A DNA stretch of 64,000 nt from Planctomycetota bacterium (GTDB lineage Bacteria > Planctomycetota > B15-G4 > JADJEK01): assembly GCA_044225365.1 (NCBI GenBank), contig JBGAIQ010000011.1, positions 32,001 through 96,000 on the forward strand, written 5' to 3'. How positions within the stretch are numbered: the stretch's first letter is position 1; the number at the start of each line of letters is the position of its first letter. Of this stretch, positions 18,863 through 28,999 are shown in pieces. A model generated the notes under the pieces. That model had not been told where the DNA came from. It was given only the letters and a program-made list of their open reading frames with translations, and did no database searches. The position numbers and the translations under genes are program-made.

Positions 18863-19915
18863 TTGTCGACATCGCTGCTGAAACGTCTGTTGGGGCTTGG
18901 CGCCGTCGCCTGCGTGCTCGCAGTCGGCGCGCACGCTGAGGTCAAGGTCGGCGACAAGGCCGCCGAGATCAAGGCGGACAAGATCCTCAACTCCAAGTTG
19001 AAGAGTCTGAAAGAGGTGCGTGGCTCGCTCGTCCTCTACGAGTACTTTGCGTACTGGTGAGGTCCTTGCAAGGCCGGTGTGCCTCACATCAACCAGTTGG
19101 TTGAGAAGTATGCGAAGAAGGGTCTTGTCGTGGTGGGCTTGACGGACGAGCCCGAAGCTCCGACGGCGAAGTACATCACCGATACGGGCTTCAAGGCGAC
19201 GGTCGTGTTCGAACCGGGCCTGAAGAGCATGAAGGACTATGGTTTCACGGGATTCCCATCGTCCGCGCTCGTGAACTCCAAGGGCGACGTCGTGTGGACC
19301 GGCCATCCCGCTGGACTCACGGAAGCGATCATCGAGGAGAACCTGAAGGGCGCGAGGCCGCCGGGTGCGCCCTCGATCTACGCCGACCTCAAACCGGATA
19401 TCGATGCCCTGCCCAAGTTCCAACCGATCAGCAAGAAGATCGCGGGCGGACAGGTCGGTGCCGGACTCGGTGACATCGAGAAAGCGCTGACGGGCAAGTT
19501 GACCGACGCCGAGAAGAAATCGCTCGACGCCATGTCCACCGAGATCAAGGCGATCTACGACGAAGAGATGAAGGCCGCCGACGAGGCCGTCGAGACCCAG
19601 CGCTGGTTCGATGCCAAGTTCGCGTGGGCGCGCCTCGAAAAGGCGTTCAAGGGCCATACGCTCGCGGAGGAGCCGACGAAGAAGCTCGCGGAACTCGCAC
19701 AGAACACCGCGATCGGTGAAGAGCTGGCCGCTGGACAAGAGATCCAGAAGGCGCTCGCGCTCAAGGAAAAGGATGACGTCGACGGCTGCGTGAAGGCTCT
19801 GAAGCGCGTCACGTCCGGCCCGCTCAAGGCAACGGCCGAGGCGGGACGCGCGGGAAAGCTCCTCGAGGAGATCGAGGCCGAGACCAAGAAGAGCAAGACC
19901 GCACCGAAGAAGTGA
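18863..19915 (+). CDS. Exported TlpA/redoxin-like thioredoxin-fold protein with in-frame UGA (probable selenocysteine, W-U-G-P-C) and a helical C-terminal domain
   Basis: Track ORFs 18863-19060 and 19079-19915 share one frame; TGA at 19058-19060 reads YEYFAYW*GPCKAGVPHINQLVEKY; GFPSSALVNSKG cis-Pro motif; GGAGG RBS before a TTG start. Confidence 0.85.
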
Positions 19916-19954
19916 GTTCGATCGACGCGTCGCGTGGCTCGCGCCGTGCGCGGG

Positions 19955-21178
19955 TCACGCGATCGCGTTCGACAACTGCATCGCCGCCGAGAGTTCCCCG
20001 TCGATGAGCGACGTCAATCGCTTCTGCATGTCGCTGAGCAGTTTCTCCGTGTCCTTCCCGCCCAGGGGAAAGTCCTTCACGAGCCACTGATCGAGTTGCT
20101 GCTGACGCTCGGCGTGCTTCTTCATCTTGGGGATGAACTCGGCGCCCTTCCGGCGGAACAGCGAGTAGCGCTCCTTCCAGATCTGCTTCGTTTCCCGAAA
20201 CGGCGCACAGTCGTTCGGCAGACAGGCGTCTGCGAATTCGGTCCAGTCGTGAGCGAGTTTCCTAAAAGGCTTCCCCATCGCCTCGATCTTCCTCGACTTG
20301 ATCGCCGCGCCCGCCTCTTCGAGGAATTCAGCGAACAACTCGCGGTGCAAACCGCCGCCGGTCATCGCCTCGGTCGTGGCGTAGACATCGCGCAGTGCGG
20401 AGTAGAGTTTTCCGCCTGGATAGAGTCGCGCCCAGGCCTTCGGATGTTTCTCGTTCTTCAGCGCGCTCGCGAAATCGCGGAGGGCGTCGAGGGAATGCGA
20501 GGCGTTCTTCGGCCGAGTGATCTCGAGCACGCAGGCTTCGATTCCACGGCGAACGGCATTGCTGAGCCGATCGAGAGGGATCGGCGGGGTCCGCACGAGC
20601 GGGACGTGCAGCACCCGATTCTGGGCATTCGCCAACATCGAGCGCGCGGTGAGGAGCGAGTCCGAAGGAACGCTGAGTGTGCCGACGGGAAGGTCGCCGA
20701 GGATCGCGTCGCCATTCGCGGCGTCGAAGCCGTATACGACGACGAGATGGGACCAGCCATGCGCGGCATACTGTTGAGGCAGCCCCCAATGCGAAAGATA
20801 ACAAGGCTGCGTGTAGACGATCGGTAATGCTCCGGCGGCGAGCGCATCGTCGACGCTTCGTTGCGCGAGTTTGCCGGATGGCGATTCCTTCACTTCGAAT
20901 GGAATGCCGAGGCGATCGAGCGCGCCGGCGAGGAACTCGGGGCCGGTCGAATAGAGCTTGTGGCGACCGACGATCGTGATGCCGCTCGTCCATCCCACCG
21001 GATTCGTCGAGTGCGCGTATCCCGCCCCGATCCCACCCGCGATGCCGAAGAGCATCGCCTCGCTCGGCGGCTGACCCTGCGGCGCGAGGCGAACCTCGGC
21101 GCGGGCGAGCGCGGCATGCAATGCGGCGCTCTCGGAGTGTCGTCCTCCGACGTGTGCAATGGCACCTAGCAGGGTCAC
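19955..21178 (-). CDS. BtrH N-terminal/DUF4872-like protein (papain-like fold)
   Basis: HSESAAL..SEAMLFGIAGGIG and HLVVVYGFD motifs; GTG start after GGAGG. Confidence 0.65.
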   Translation of the reverse strand: MTLLGAIAHVGGRHSESAALHAALARAEVRLAPQGQPPSEAMLFGIAGGIGAGYAHSTNPVGWTSGITIVGRHKLYSTGPEFLAGALDRLGIPFEVKESPSGKLAQRSVDDALAAGALPIVYTQPCYLSHWGLPQQYAAHGWSHLVVVYGFDAANGDAILGDLPVGTLSVPSDSLLTARSMLANAQNRVLHVPLVRTPPIPLDRLSNAVRRGIEACVLEITRPKNASHSLDALRDFASALKNEKHPKAWARLYPGGKLYSALRDVYATTEAMTGGGLHRELFAEFLEEAGAAIKSRKIEAMGKPFRKLAHDWTEFADACLPNDCAPFRETKQIWKERYSLFRRKGAEFIPKMKKHAERQQQLDQWLVKDFPLGGKDTEKLLSDMQKRLTSLIDGELSAAMQLSNAIA

Positions 21179-21351
21179 GGCTCGATCCTCCGATCGACGT
21201 CGCTTCGAGGGGCAGTCTGGTCGCGTTGTCGTCCGCATCGCATCGTACCGGCTCGCTCTTCGGATCTGCATTGCCGCGGTGCGCGGCAATTCGAGTTTCG
21301 GCGCTCTGCTGCTACTCTCACGTCCTGGACCGAACCTCGCGTGAGCCCTCG

Positions 21352-22041
21352 ATGAATGTCCTGAAGTCCGGACTGCTACGCCTCGTCGCCCTCGCGCTCG
21401 TCGCGCTTTCGTGCGAGGCCTCGAAACGGGCGCCGACTGCGCCCTCGCCGCCAACTCCTCCATGGCACGACCTTCTCGCGGGAGTCACTTCGGAGTCGCT
21501 CTCGAACTGGAAGAAGTGCGGTTTCGGGGGCGAAGGCGAAGTCCTATTCGACGACGGCCGTCTCGTGCTCGCGCAGGGCGAGCCCCTGACCGGCATCACC
21601 TGGGCCGGGTCCCCCGAAATGCCGCGCGGGGAGTACGAGATCGAGGTCGAAGCGGCCCGCCTGCTCGGAACCGACTTCTTCTGCGCGCTCACGTTTCCCA
21701 TCGGCGAACAGAGCGCGAGCGTCATCCTCGGCGGCTGGGGTGGATCGCTCGTGGGACTGTCGTGCATCGACGGCGAAGACGCATCGCAGAACGCCACCAA
21801 GACCTTTCGCGGATTCGAACGGAGCCGGTTCTATCGGCTGCGGGTCAAAGTGACGAACGATCGCGTCCAAGGTGTTCTCGACGACACGGACGTTCTCTTC
21901 GACGTCGATCGCGGGGCGCATGCCTTCGCCGTGCGCACCGAGGTGGAGCGTTGCCGACCGCTCGGGATCGCGTCGTACAACACGCAGGCGGCGATCCGGC
22001 GGCTCGCGTGGCGTCCTCTCCGATCGGACTCGCCGAAGTGA
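21352..22041 (+). CDS. DUF1080 (3-keto-disaccharide hydrolase-like) lipoprotein
   Basis: Lipobox ALS-C; GFGGEGEV, DFFCALTFP and GGWGGSLVGLSCIDG motifs. Confidence 0.75.
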   Translation: MNVLKSGLLRLVALALVALSCEASKRAPTAPSPPTPPWHDLLAGVTSESLSNWKKCGFGGEGEVLFDDGRLVLAQGEPLTGITWAGSPEMPRGEYEIEVEAARLLGTDFFCALTFPIGEQSASVILGGWGGSLVGLSCIDGEDASQNATKTFRGFERSRFYRLRVKVTNDRVQGVLDDTDVLFDVDRGAHAFAVRTEVERCRPLGIASYNTQAAIRRLAWRPLRSDSPK

Positions 22042-22127
22042 TTCGGATCAAAGACCCGCTTCCGCCATTCCCGAAGCATCCCGCCTCCATTATGGTGGAA
22101 CCCCCTTCGCGCCGATAATCCACGACT

Positions 22128-23825
22128 ATGAGCGAGCCCAGAACCGTCATCGACTTCCTTCGGCTGCGCGCCAAGACCGCGCCGAACAAGCTCCACGCGC
22201 GCTACCTCTTCCCCGATCGCGAACCGGTCGATCAGAGCTACGCACAACTCGAGGATCGCACGCGGCAGTACGCCGCAGCGCTCGAGAAGGTGGGCACGCC
22301 GAAAGGTCGCGTCGTCCTCATCATCTTGCAGCACTGCGAGGACATGCTCCCCGCGTTCTACGGCGCGATGTGGCTCGGCGCGATTCCCGCGTTCCTGCCC
22401 TTCCCCACGGGTCGCCTCCACATCGGCAAGTACTACTCGGATCTGCGCGCACTCATCCAGACGACGGTCCCTCACGCCGTCATCACCTATCGCGAGCTCG
22501 CCGGCGAGCTGAAGGATCTGATCAAGGAGTACGAAAAGCCGCCCCTGGTCCTCGAGCAGGAGGACATCGGCAACGACGCACCCCGCTGCAAGGATCCCGA
22601 TCCGGCGAGCGTCGAGGACGTCGCCTGCATCCAGTACTCGTCGGGCAGCACGGGTCTGCAGAAGGGCGCGGCTCTGTCGCATCGCGCGCTCCTCGCGGAG
22701 TGCGACGGCGTCGGCGACTTCTTCAAGATGTCCGCGAAGGACGTCTTCATCACCTGGGTGCCGCTCTATCACGACTGGGGACTCGTGTGCGATGCGATCC
22801 ACCCGCTCGTGCTCGGCGCCGAGTTCATCCTGATGTCGCCGATCCACTGGGTCGGTCGTCCGGCAGCCGCGCTCGAAGCCATCACGAAGTACAAGGCGAC
22901 GGTCTACTGGCACCCGAACTTCGCGTTCAACTTCATGACGAAGCGCGTGAAGGAAGACGAGATGAAGGGCCTCGATCTCTCGTCGCTGCGGCTGTGCGGC
23001 AATGGCGCGGAGCCCTGCCTCTACGAGAGCCACGAGATGTTCGCGGAGCGCTTCGAGAAGGTCGGCTTCAAGCGCGCCTCGCTCGGCATCGTGTACGGAA
23101 TGGCCGAAGTCGTGAACTCGGTGATCGGCGCGGGCGGTGTCGACAGCGGTGAGCCGATCCAGGTCGACGTCATCGATCGCGTCGCACTTCAGGAGAAGCA
23201 CGAGGCCGTTCCCGTCGCCGCCGATCATCCCAACGCGATGCGCATGCTCGGCGTCGGCCGCGGCTTCAAGGGCACGCAGTTCAAGGTCGTCGACGACGAC
23301 TACGTCGAGGTGAAGGACCGCAAGGTCGGCGAGATCCTGATCCAGAGCAAGGCCGTCTTCCACGGTTACTACAACAACGAGGCCGCGACGAAGAAGGCGC
23401 TGATCGACGGTTTGTCGGGCTGGTACATCTCCGGCGACATGGGTTATCGCGCGAATGGCGTGCTCCATGTGACCGGACGCAAGAGCGACCTCATCATCAT
23501 CGGCGGCGAGAACATCTATCCGCAGGACATCGAGTACATGGTCGCCGAGCATCCGCAGGTGGTCGCGGGCCGCGTGGCCGCGATCGGCATCCCGGATGAG
23601 ACGCTCGGCACTCAGAAGCTCGTGGTCATCGCGGAATCGAAGTCGGAGGATCCCGAGATCGTCCGCGACATCGTCAAGTACGTTCGCCGCGAGGTCGCGC
23701 AGCGGCTCAACGTGCGTTGCGACGAGGTGTACATCGCGCCGCACAAATGGCTGTTCAAGACTTCGTCCGGCAAGATCGCGCGGCAACCGAATCTGAAGCG
23801 CCTCCACGAACTGAAGAAGCAGTGA
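22128..23825 (+). CDS. Fatty acyl-AMP ligase-like adenylating enzyme
   Basis: QYSSGSTGLQKG, WVPLYHDWGL, PNFAF, NGAEP, YGMAE, SGDMG, GRKSDLII..GENIYPQDIE and KTSSGKI motifs. Confidence 0.88.
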   Translation: MSEPRTVIDFLRLRAKTAPNKLHARYLFPDREPVDQSYAQLEDRTRQYAAALEKVGTPKGRVVLIILQHCEDMLPAFYGAMWLGAIPAFLPFPTGRLHIGKYYSDLRALIQTTVPHAVITYRELAGELKDLIKEYEKPPLVLEQEDIGNDAPRCKDPDPASVEDVACIQYSSGSTGLQKGAALSHRALLAECDGVGDFFKMSAKDVFITWVPLYHDWGLVCDAIHPLVLGAEFILMSPIHWVGRPAAALEAITKYKATVYWHPNFAFNFMTKRVKEDEMKGLDLSSLRLCGNGAEPCLYESHEMFAERFEKVGFKRASLGIVYGMAEVVNSVIGAGGVDSGEPIQVDVIDRVALQEKHEAVPVAADHPNAMRMLGVGRGFKGTQFKVVDDDYVEVKDRKVGEILIQSKAVFHGYYNNEAATKKALIDGLSGWYISGDMGYRANGVLHVTGRKSDLIIIGGENIYPQDIEYMVAEHPQVVAGRVAAIGIPDETLGTQKLVVIAESKSEDPEIVRDIVKYVRREVAQRLNVRCDEVYIAPHKWLFKTSSGKIARQPNLKRLHELKKQ

Positions 23826-23833
23826 GCGAGCCC

Positions 23834-24076
23834 ATGGCCATCGACCGCGAACCCATCGTCGCCTACCTCGCCGAGAAGATCGGCGGCGACCGCAGCCTGC
23901 TCCCGAAAGGGGCGGATTCGCTCGTCGACGAGGGCATCCTCGACTCGTTCGGACTCGCCGATCTCGTCGCGATGATCGAGAAGGCGTACGGAGTGAAAGT
24001 GCCGGACAAGGATCTGGCGCTTGCGAACTTCGACACGGTCGACAAGATCGCGAGCTACGTCGAGAAGCGAAAGTAG
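23834..24076 (+). CDS. Acyl carrier protein (DltC-like)
   Basis: 80-aa acidic protein with GILDSFG phosphopantetheine serine motif and NFDTVDKI. Confidence 0.88.
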   Translation: MAIDREPIVAYLAEKIGGDRSLLPKGADSLVDEGILDSFGLADLVAMIEKAYGVKVPDKDLALANFDTVDKIASYVEKRK

Positions 24077-24145
24077 TTTCGCGGCTCGATCCGGCGATCT
24101 TCCGCACGACCCGCACTACCAAAGTCTCGAGGCACGTAGAGCCCC

Positions 24146-25345
24146 TTGGACCTGTTCAGCCACACGACGCTGATCTTCCTCGTCGCCGCGGCGATCGCCT
24201 GCGCGTTGCCCCTCGGCAAGGACTTCCGTCGGCTCGCGCTGCTCGCGTTCAACGCGTACTTCCTCTACACCTTCGATCCGCTCGCGCCCGTCCTCTTCCT
24301 CGCGACGTCGCTCATCGGGTTCTTCGCAGCGAAGACCGCCGCCCGCGGCACGACGAACGCCACGTTCGCCCTGTGCTGCGCCCCGCTCCTCGTGCCACTC
24401 TTCCTGCCCAAGCTCGGGTGGCTCGTCGATCTGTCGCATCTGTTCTCGGGCGGCACGGTCGGCAATGCGGTCGGCGCGCGCCTCGCGATCTTCATCGGCG
24501 CGTCGTACTACACGCTGCGCGCGCTGTCGTTCGCGCTCGATGCGAAGCGCACTGGCGCGCTGCATTTCAGGCTCTTCGACTTCCTCGTCTACAACTCGTT
24601 CTTCCCGACGATCATCTCGGGACCGATCGAGCGGCCCGACCACTTCGCAAAGACGTTCGATCGTCTCGGCGCTCCGAATGGCGAGGACTTCAAGGAAGCC
24701 GCGATCCGCATCACGCTCGGACTCCTCAAGAAAGTCGTGCTCGGCAGCATCGCCGCGTCGTGGGCGGCGCCGGTCATGGGATTCACGAAGGACCCGTCGC
24801 TCACCACCTTCGAAGCGTGGCGCTCGCTCTACGCGTGGCTGCTGTACACGTACCTCGACTTCGCGGGTTATTCCGATCTCGCGCTCGGCGTCGCGCGGCT
24901 CTTTGGGATCCGTCTCGCGGAGAACTTCGACAACCCGTTCCTCAAGCCGTCGATCGCGGAGTTCTGGAAGGGCTGGCATCTCTCGCTGTCGTTCTGGATC
25001 CGCGACTATCTGTTCGTGCCGCTCTGCGGGCGATCGACATCCGTCCTCCGCCCGCACCTCGCCGCGCTCGCGTCGATGACTCTATGCGGCCTGTGGCACA
25101 ATCCGAACCTCGGCTGGATGCTGTGGGGACTCGCGCACGGCGCGGGCTTGTCCGTGCATCAGGCCTGGACGATGAAGCTGCGGAAGAACTTCAAGCTGAA
25201 GAAGAAGCTGCAGGCGTCGACGGCGTTCCGCGCCGTTTCGATCTTCGCGACGTTCAACTTCGTCGCGTTCACCTGGACGCTCGTGATCGATCCGTATCAC
25301 CTGCAAACGGCCGCGGAGTTCTGGAAGATCTTGCTCGGAAGGTGA
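24146..25345 (+). CDS. MBOAT family O-acyltransferase (AlgI/DltB-like)
   Basis: SYYTL, FFPTIISGPIER, YLDFAGYSDLA, ENFDNPF, EFWKGWHLSLSFWIRDY and GLWH motifs. Confidence 0.9.
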   Translation: MDLFSHTTLIFLVAAAIACALPLGKDFRRLALLAFNAYFLYTFDPLAPVLFLATSLIGFFAAKTAARGTTNATFALCCAPLLVPLFLPKLGWLVDLSHLFSGGTVGNAVGARLAIFIGASYYTLRALSFALDAKRTGALHFRLFDFLVYNSFFPTIISGPIERPDHFAKTFDRLGAPNGEDFKEAAIRITLGLLKKVVLGSIAASWAAPVMGFTKDPSLTTFEAWRSLYAWLLYTYLDFAGYSDLALGVARLFGIRLAENFDNPFLKPSIAEFWKGWHLSLSFWIRDYLFVPLCGRSTSVLRPHLAALASMTLCGLWHNPNLGWMLWGLAHGAGLSVHQAWTMKLRKNFKLKKKLQASTAFRAVSIFATFNFVAFTWTLVIDPYHLQTAAEFWKILLGR

Positions 25346-25359
25346 GCAGGTCGAAGACG

Positions 25360-25508
25360 ATGCCGGGCGGAGCCCGGCGGTCCGGATGCGGGGTTCCAGC
25401 GGGAGCAAGGGACCGTATGCCGGGCGGAGCCCGGCGGTCCGATTCGCCGGACCGCCACGCTCCAGCGTGGCATTCCTTCCGACCATGCCGGGCGGAGCCC
25501 GGCGGTCC
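25360..25508. repeat. Cluster of REP-like palindromes (B', B', A, B')
   Basis: Same units as at 3900-4079; lies between convergent genes. Confidence 0.85.
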
Positions 25509-25518
25509 GGAGAACGAA

Positions 25519-27252
25519 TCACATCTTCTCGAGCCGGATCTCGATCGTCTTCACGCTTGTGAAGCCGCCCATCGGGATCTCGAACTCGGTCTCCACGTCG
25601 CGATAACCCTTCGTCCGAATCGTGACGGCGACGCGGCCCGCCGCGAGTCGATCGGTCGGCAGGCGATAATGCTCGATCGAGATCTTTGGAAAGGCGCCGT
25701 CCTTCGGTCGGCTTCCGAAGCGTGATTCGGTGATCCGTTCTCCGCTGGAATCGCAAAGCGCGAAGCTCGGCGACGCGGAATCCACCGGCTCGTTCGTCTG
25801 CGCATCGAGGAGATGTACGACGACTCCGCGCGGCACGAGCACGACGCGGATCGGAGCGCGTCCGGGCTCGACAGCGCGCGTGATCTGCTCCCAGTCGATC
25901 CCGGTGATCTCGTCGTGCCAACGAAAGACGAGGTCCTTCGCGGCAGCATCGCAGAGCATCGCAACGAACTCTCCCGCCGCGTTCGTTTGCTCCGATACGC
26001 TTCCGAACTCGAGACTCGCACTCACCGCCGGCGATCCATCCTCGAACACGGCCGTGCCGCGCAGTTCGACCTTGCGCGCTGCGAAGCGCACGTCGCCGAC
26101 ATCGATCTTGGATCCAGAGTGCAGCTCGAACTTCACCCCCGGATCGCGACAGCGCTTCTCGCAGCGCAATTCGTAGACGGCAGGCTCGAGTCCCTCGATG
26201 AGAAATCGGCCCTCGGCGTTGGTCGACCAGAAAGGACGGATGGCCGTTTCGGGCTGCGACCCACCACTGACGAATTTGAATTCGATACCGCCGCGAACGT
26301 CTCGCCCGTCGCGCGTCAGGTACACCTCCGTGCGAGGCACCGGAATCCCGTCCGCATCCACGATCCGGCCATAGATCGTCGCCCCCGGACTGCGCATGAC
26401 GATCGTCGGCATCTCATTCGTACCCGCTCCCGCTTCGAAGAGCATCGTCTCGGGCTCCAGATACTTGGGATGCTCGGCCCGAATCTCGAGGACGCGGCGC
26501 GCGCCCTCGACCGAGCCGCCGGGATCGACGTCGGGAAGCGAGAAGCGCCCCTTCGCATCGGAGGTGCCGAACGTCGATCGCGCGCCCGGCGTCGATCTCG
26601 CGACGGCGTGGATCTTCACGCCGGCAAGCGGCTTCGCGTCCGGATCGATCACGAGCCCCGTGAGTTCGATCGCCGGGCGCGCCGCGAGGATCACGACCTG
26701 CTCGGTCTTGTCGGCGCCGTCGAGAATGTCGACCTGGACGTCGTCGCCGAACACGCAACCGCTGTCGAGCGCGACGCGATGATGCGCAACTCTCAATCGG
26801 CCAAACGAAACGCTGCCGCTCGCGTCCGTCGTGCCCGACCGCTCCCGCACGTCCTCGTAGATGGGAAGTGAGCCCGGTTTCTGCGAAAGCGAGGCTGGAT
26901 CGAGGCGCTGTTCGCGAAGGATCACGGGCACGTCGGCGAACGGCTTCCCGCTCGGCATGTCGAGCACGCGCACGACGAGCGTTCGTCCCTTCGTCTCGCT
27001 CGTTTCGATCCGTGTACGCTTCGGTGAATCGCTGCTCTGGAGCGCGCGTCGAACGAGCTCAGTCCACAGCACCGGGGAACTCTTCGAAGTCGGAGAGGCC
27101 TGTTCATCCGTTCCGCCCTCGTCCAGAGTGGCCGCGACTCGCTCCCCCGGCTCTTGGATCGCATCCCGGCGCGCGACGAACAACGCCTGCCACAGCGCGA
27201 TCGCTGCGATTACGAGGACGATGCCGGCGACGAACGGTCTCTTCTCATTCAT
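25519..27252 (-). CDS. Membrane-anchored protein with carboxypeptidase-regulatory-like beta-sandwich repeats (paralogue 3)
   Basis: N-terminal TM helix; repeated G.V.D.DG.P and T.A.GRF...L..G.Y motifs. Confidence 0.75.
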   Translation of the reverse strand: MNEKRPFVAGIVLVIAAIALWQALFVARRDAIQEPGERVAATLDEGGTDEQASPTSKSSPVLWTELVRRALQSSDSPKRTRIETSETKGRTLVVRVLDMPSGKPFADVPVILREQRLDPASLSQKPGSLPIYEDVRERSGTTDASGSVSFGRLRVAHHRVALDSGCVFGDDVQVDILDGADKTEQVVILAARPAIELTGLVIDPDAKPLAGVKIHAVARSTPGARSTFGTSDAKGRFSLPDVDPGGSVEGARRVLEIRAEHPKYLEPETMLFEAGAGTNEMPTIVMRSPGATIYGRIVDADGIPVPRTEVYLTRDGRDVRGGIEFKFVSGGSQPETAIRPFWSTNAEGRFLIEGLEPAVYELRCEKRCRDPGVKFELHSGSKIDVGDVRFAARKVELRGTAVFEDGSPAVSASLEFGSVSEQTNAAGEFVAMLCDAAAKDLVFRWHDEITGIDWEQITRAVEPGRAPIRVVLVPRGVVVHLLDAQTNEPVDSASPSFALCDSSGERITESRFGSRPKDGAFPKISIEHYRLPTDRLAAGRVAVTIRTKGYRDVETEFEIPMGGFTSVKTIEIRLEKM

Positions 27253-27289
27253 GTTCGGACGGTTCTACCGCACGGACGACACGCGGGTA

Positions 27290-28948
27290 TCACTCCGGCT
27301 CGAGCGCGGCTTCGAGGACTTCGCGCTTCGCGTAGCCATCGCGGGGGATCTCGAACGTGAGATCGCTCGTGCGATAGCCGCTCGCGGAGATCCGCAGGGC
27401 CACCCGCCCGGGGGCGCAGTTCTCGGTGAGGAGTCGGTACTCACCGTTTTCGATCTTGGATCGATAGGTGCCGAGATCGCCCCGCGAGTCGAGGAGCGTC
27501 ATCACCACGGTTCGGGGTTCGAGGGTCGATCGCGTCTTCGAGTCGTAGAGCCGCAGGACGAGACCAGCGGGCGCGATTGTGATTCGCAGCGGCCCGCCGC
27601 CCGGATTCACTGCCTTCTCGGTATGCGACCATGCCAGCCGACTATCGGATGTCTCGCGCCACGAGAATGCCAGGTCTCCCGGTGCGGCCGAGCACAGCAT
27701 GAGCGAGAACTCGCCCTTGTCGTCAGTCTTTCCCACCTCGATGGAATCGGCGGCGCGGAACGTGAACGAAACCTGGGACGCGGGGGCGCCGTCCTCGAAA
27801 ACGACGACGCCCTTCAGTTCGACTCTGCGCTCGGCGCCGCGCACGTCTCCGATGTCCTTGTCTTCGTGGTCGCCGAGCTCGATAGGTCCGAATTCGCGAA
27901 TGCAGAGCCCCTGGCACGTCAGAAGGAAATGCCCACGATGGAGGCCTGTGAGGAGGAAGCGACCGCGCACATCCGTCGTGTCGTCCGCCGCCCGGCGATC
28001 GGTGGAGTCGAGGGCGATGAGTTCGACGCGGGCACCATTGTGGGGCCGGCCGTCGGGATCCACGATCCGCCCCTCGATCGATCCCCCGCGTTCGCGCAGG
28101 ACGAGGGGACGATCGAGCGTATTCGCGCCGGAACCGATTTCGACGTCTCGCGAATCGCGATCGATGTAGGCGGGCGATGACGCGGTCACGGTGAGGCGGC
28201 ACGTCTTACGATCGCGGCTCGGCACTTCGATCCGCGGAAAGACGAATTGGCCGAGCTTGTCGGTCCTCACCGGCGCGGGAACGTCGAAACGGATCTCGAC
28301 CGGAGCGAGCGCAACGGCCGCGTTTGCGATCGGCTTTCCGTCGGCGTCGACGACGGAGCCGGAGAGCTTCGCCCCGAGTATCGAGATCGTGCTCGCTCGA
28401 ATCTCGATCGTGCGATCGGACTCCGCCGTGAACTCGACGTCGACCGGCGCAGCCTCGAGATGATCGCCAACGATGTCGACTCGGTAGCGGCCGGGCCGCA
28501 CGTTGCGATAGTGGGCTTCCCCATCCTGGCCGGTCTTCGCCGTGCGCGAGTCGAAGTCGGTGAAGCGACGGGTTTCGGCGCCGCTCGCAGCCGCATCGAC
28601 GGGGATCTCGATCTGCTCGACGAGGGCGACGGCGACGTCCGGCTTCGGCTGCGAGGTCTCAGCGCCGATGACTCGAACCGAGAGAACCCGTCCCTCGGTG
28701 TGAAAATCACCGCGCGATGGATCCGGCATTTCCGAACCACTCGCCTCCTCGCGCGCCGCGGGTTGTGCGGGAGGTGGCGATAGAACCTGCGGTTCGATTC
28801 GCGACGATTCGGTCGGCGCAGTTTCGACGCCGGGTGAGCGCGCTTCGAATGGGGTCGCCGGAGCGCTCGGTGCAAAGAGCGTGCGAGCGAGCATCCCCAC
28901 GAGTCCCGCTGCGAGGAGAAGTAGAACGAGCGCGGTCGACTTCCTCAT
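27290..28948 (-). CDS. Membrane-anchored protein with carboxypeptidase-regulatory-like repeats (paralogue 2)
   Basis: Same architecture; GSVVDADGKPI and GRIVDPDGRP motifs; GGAGG RBS. Confidence 0.75.
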   Translation of the reverse strand: MRKSTALVLLLLAAGLVGMLARTLFAPSAPATPFEARSPGVETAPTESSRIEPQVLSPPPAQPAAREEASGSEMPDPSRGDFHTEGRVLSVRVIGAETSQPKPDVAVALVEQIEIPVDAAASGAETRRFTDFDSRTAKTGQDGEAHYRNVRPGRYRVDIVGDHLEAAPVDVEFTAESDRTIEIRASTISILGAKLSGSVVDADGKPIANAAVALAPVEIRFDVPAPVRTDKLGQFVFPRIEVPSRDRKTCRLTVTASSPAYIDRDSRDVEIGSGANTLDRPLVLRERGGSIEGRIVDPDGRPHNGARVELIALDSTDRRAADDTTDVRGRFLLTGLHRGHFLLTCQGLCIREFGPIELGDHEDKDIGDVRGAERRVELKGVVVFEDGAPASQVSFTFRAADSIEVGKTDDKGEFSLMLCSAAPGDLAFSWRETSDSRLAWSHTEKAVNPGGGPLRITIAPAGLVLRLYDSKTRSTLEPRTVVMTLLDSRGDLGTYRSKIENGEYRLLTENCAPGRVALRISASGYRTSDLTFEIPRDGYAKREVLEAALEPE

Positions 28949-28999
28949 GCCTCCCCACAGTGTACGACCGAGACGTGCAAGCGGGGCCCCGAGTTCTGA

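Noticed and set aside
18863-19915. Two separate genes, or a pseudogene
   Set aside because: The TGA falls exactly at the catalytic Cys position of a continuous thioredoxin fold and is followed by hairpins; Sec read-through explains this better.
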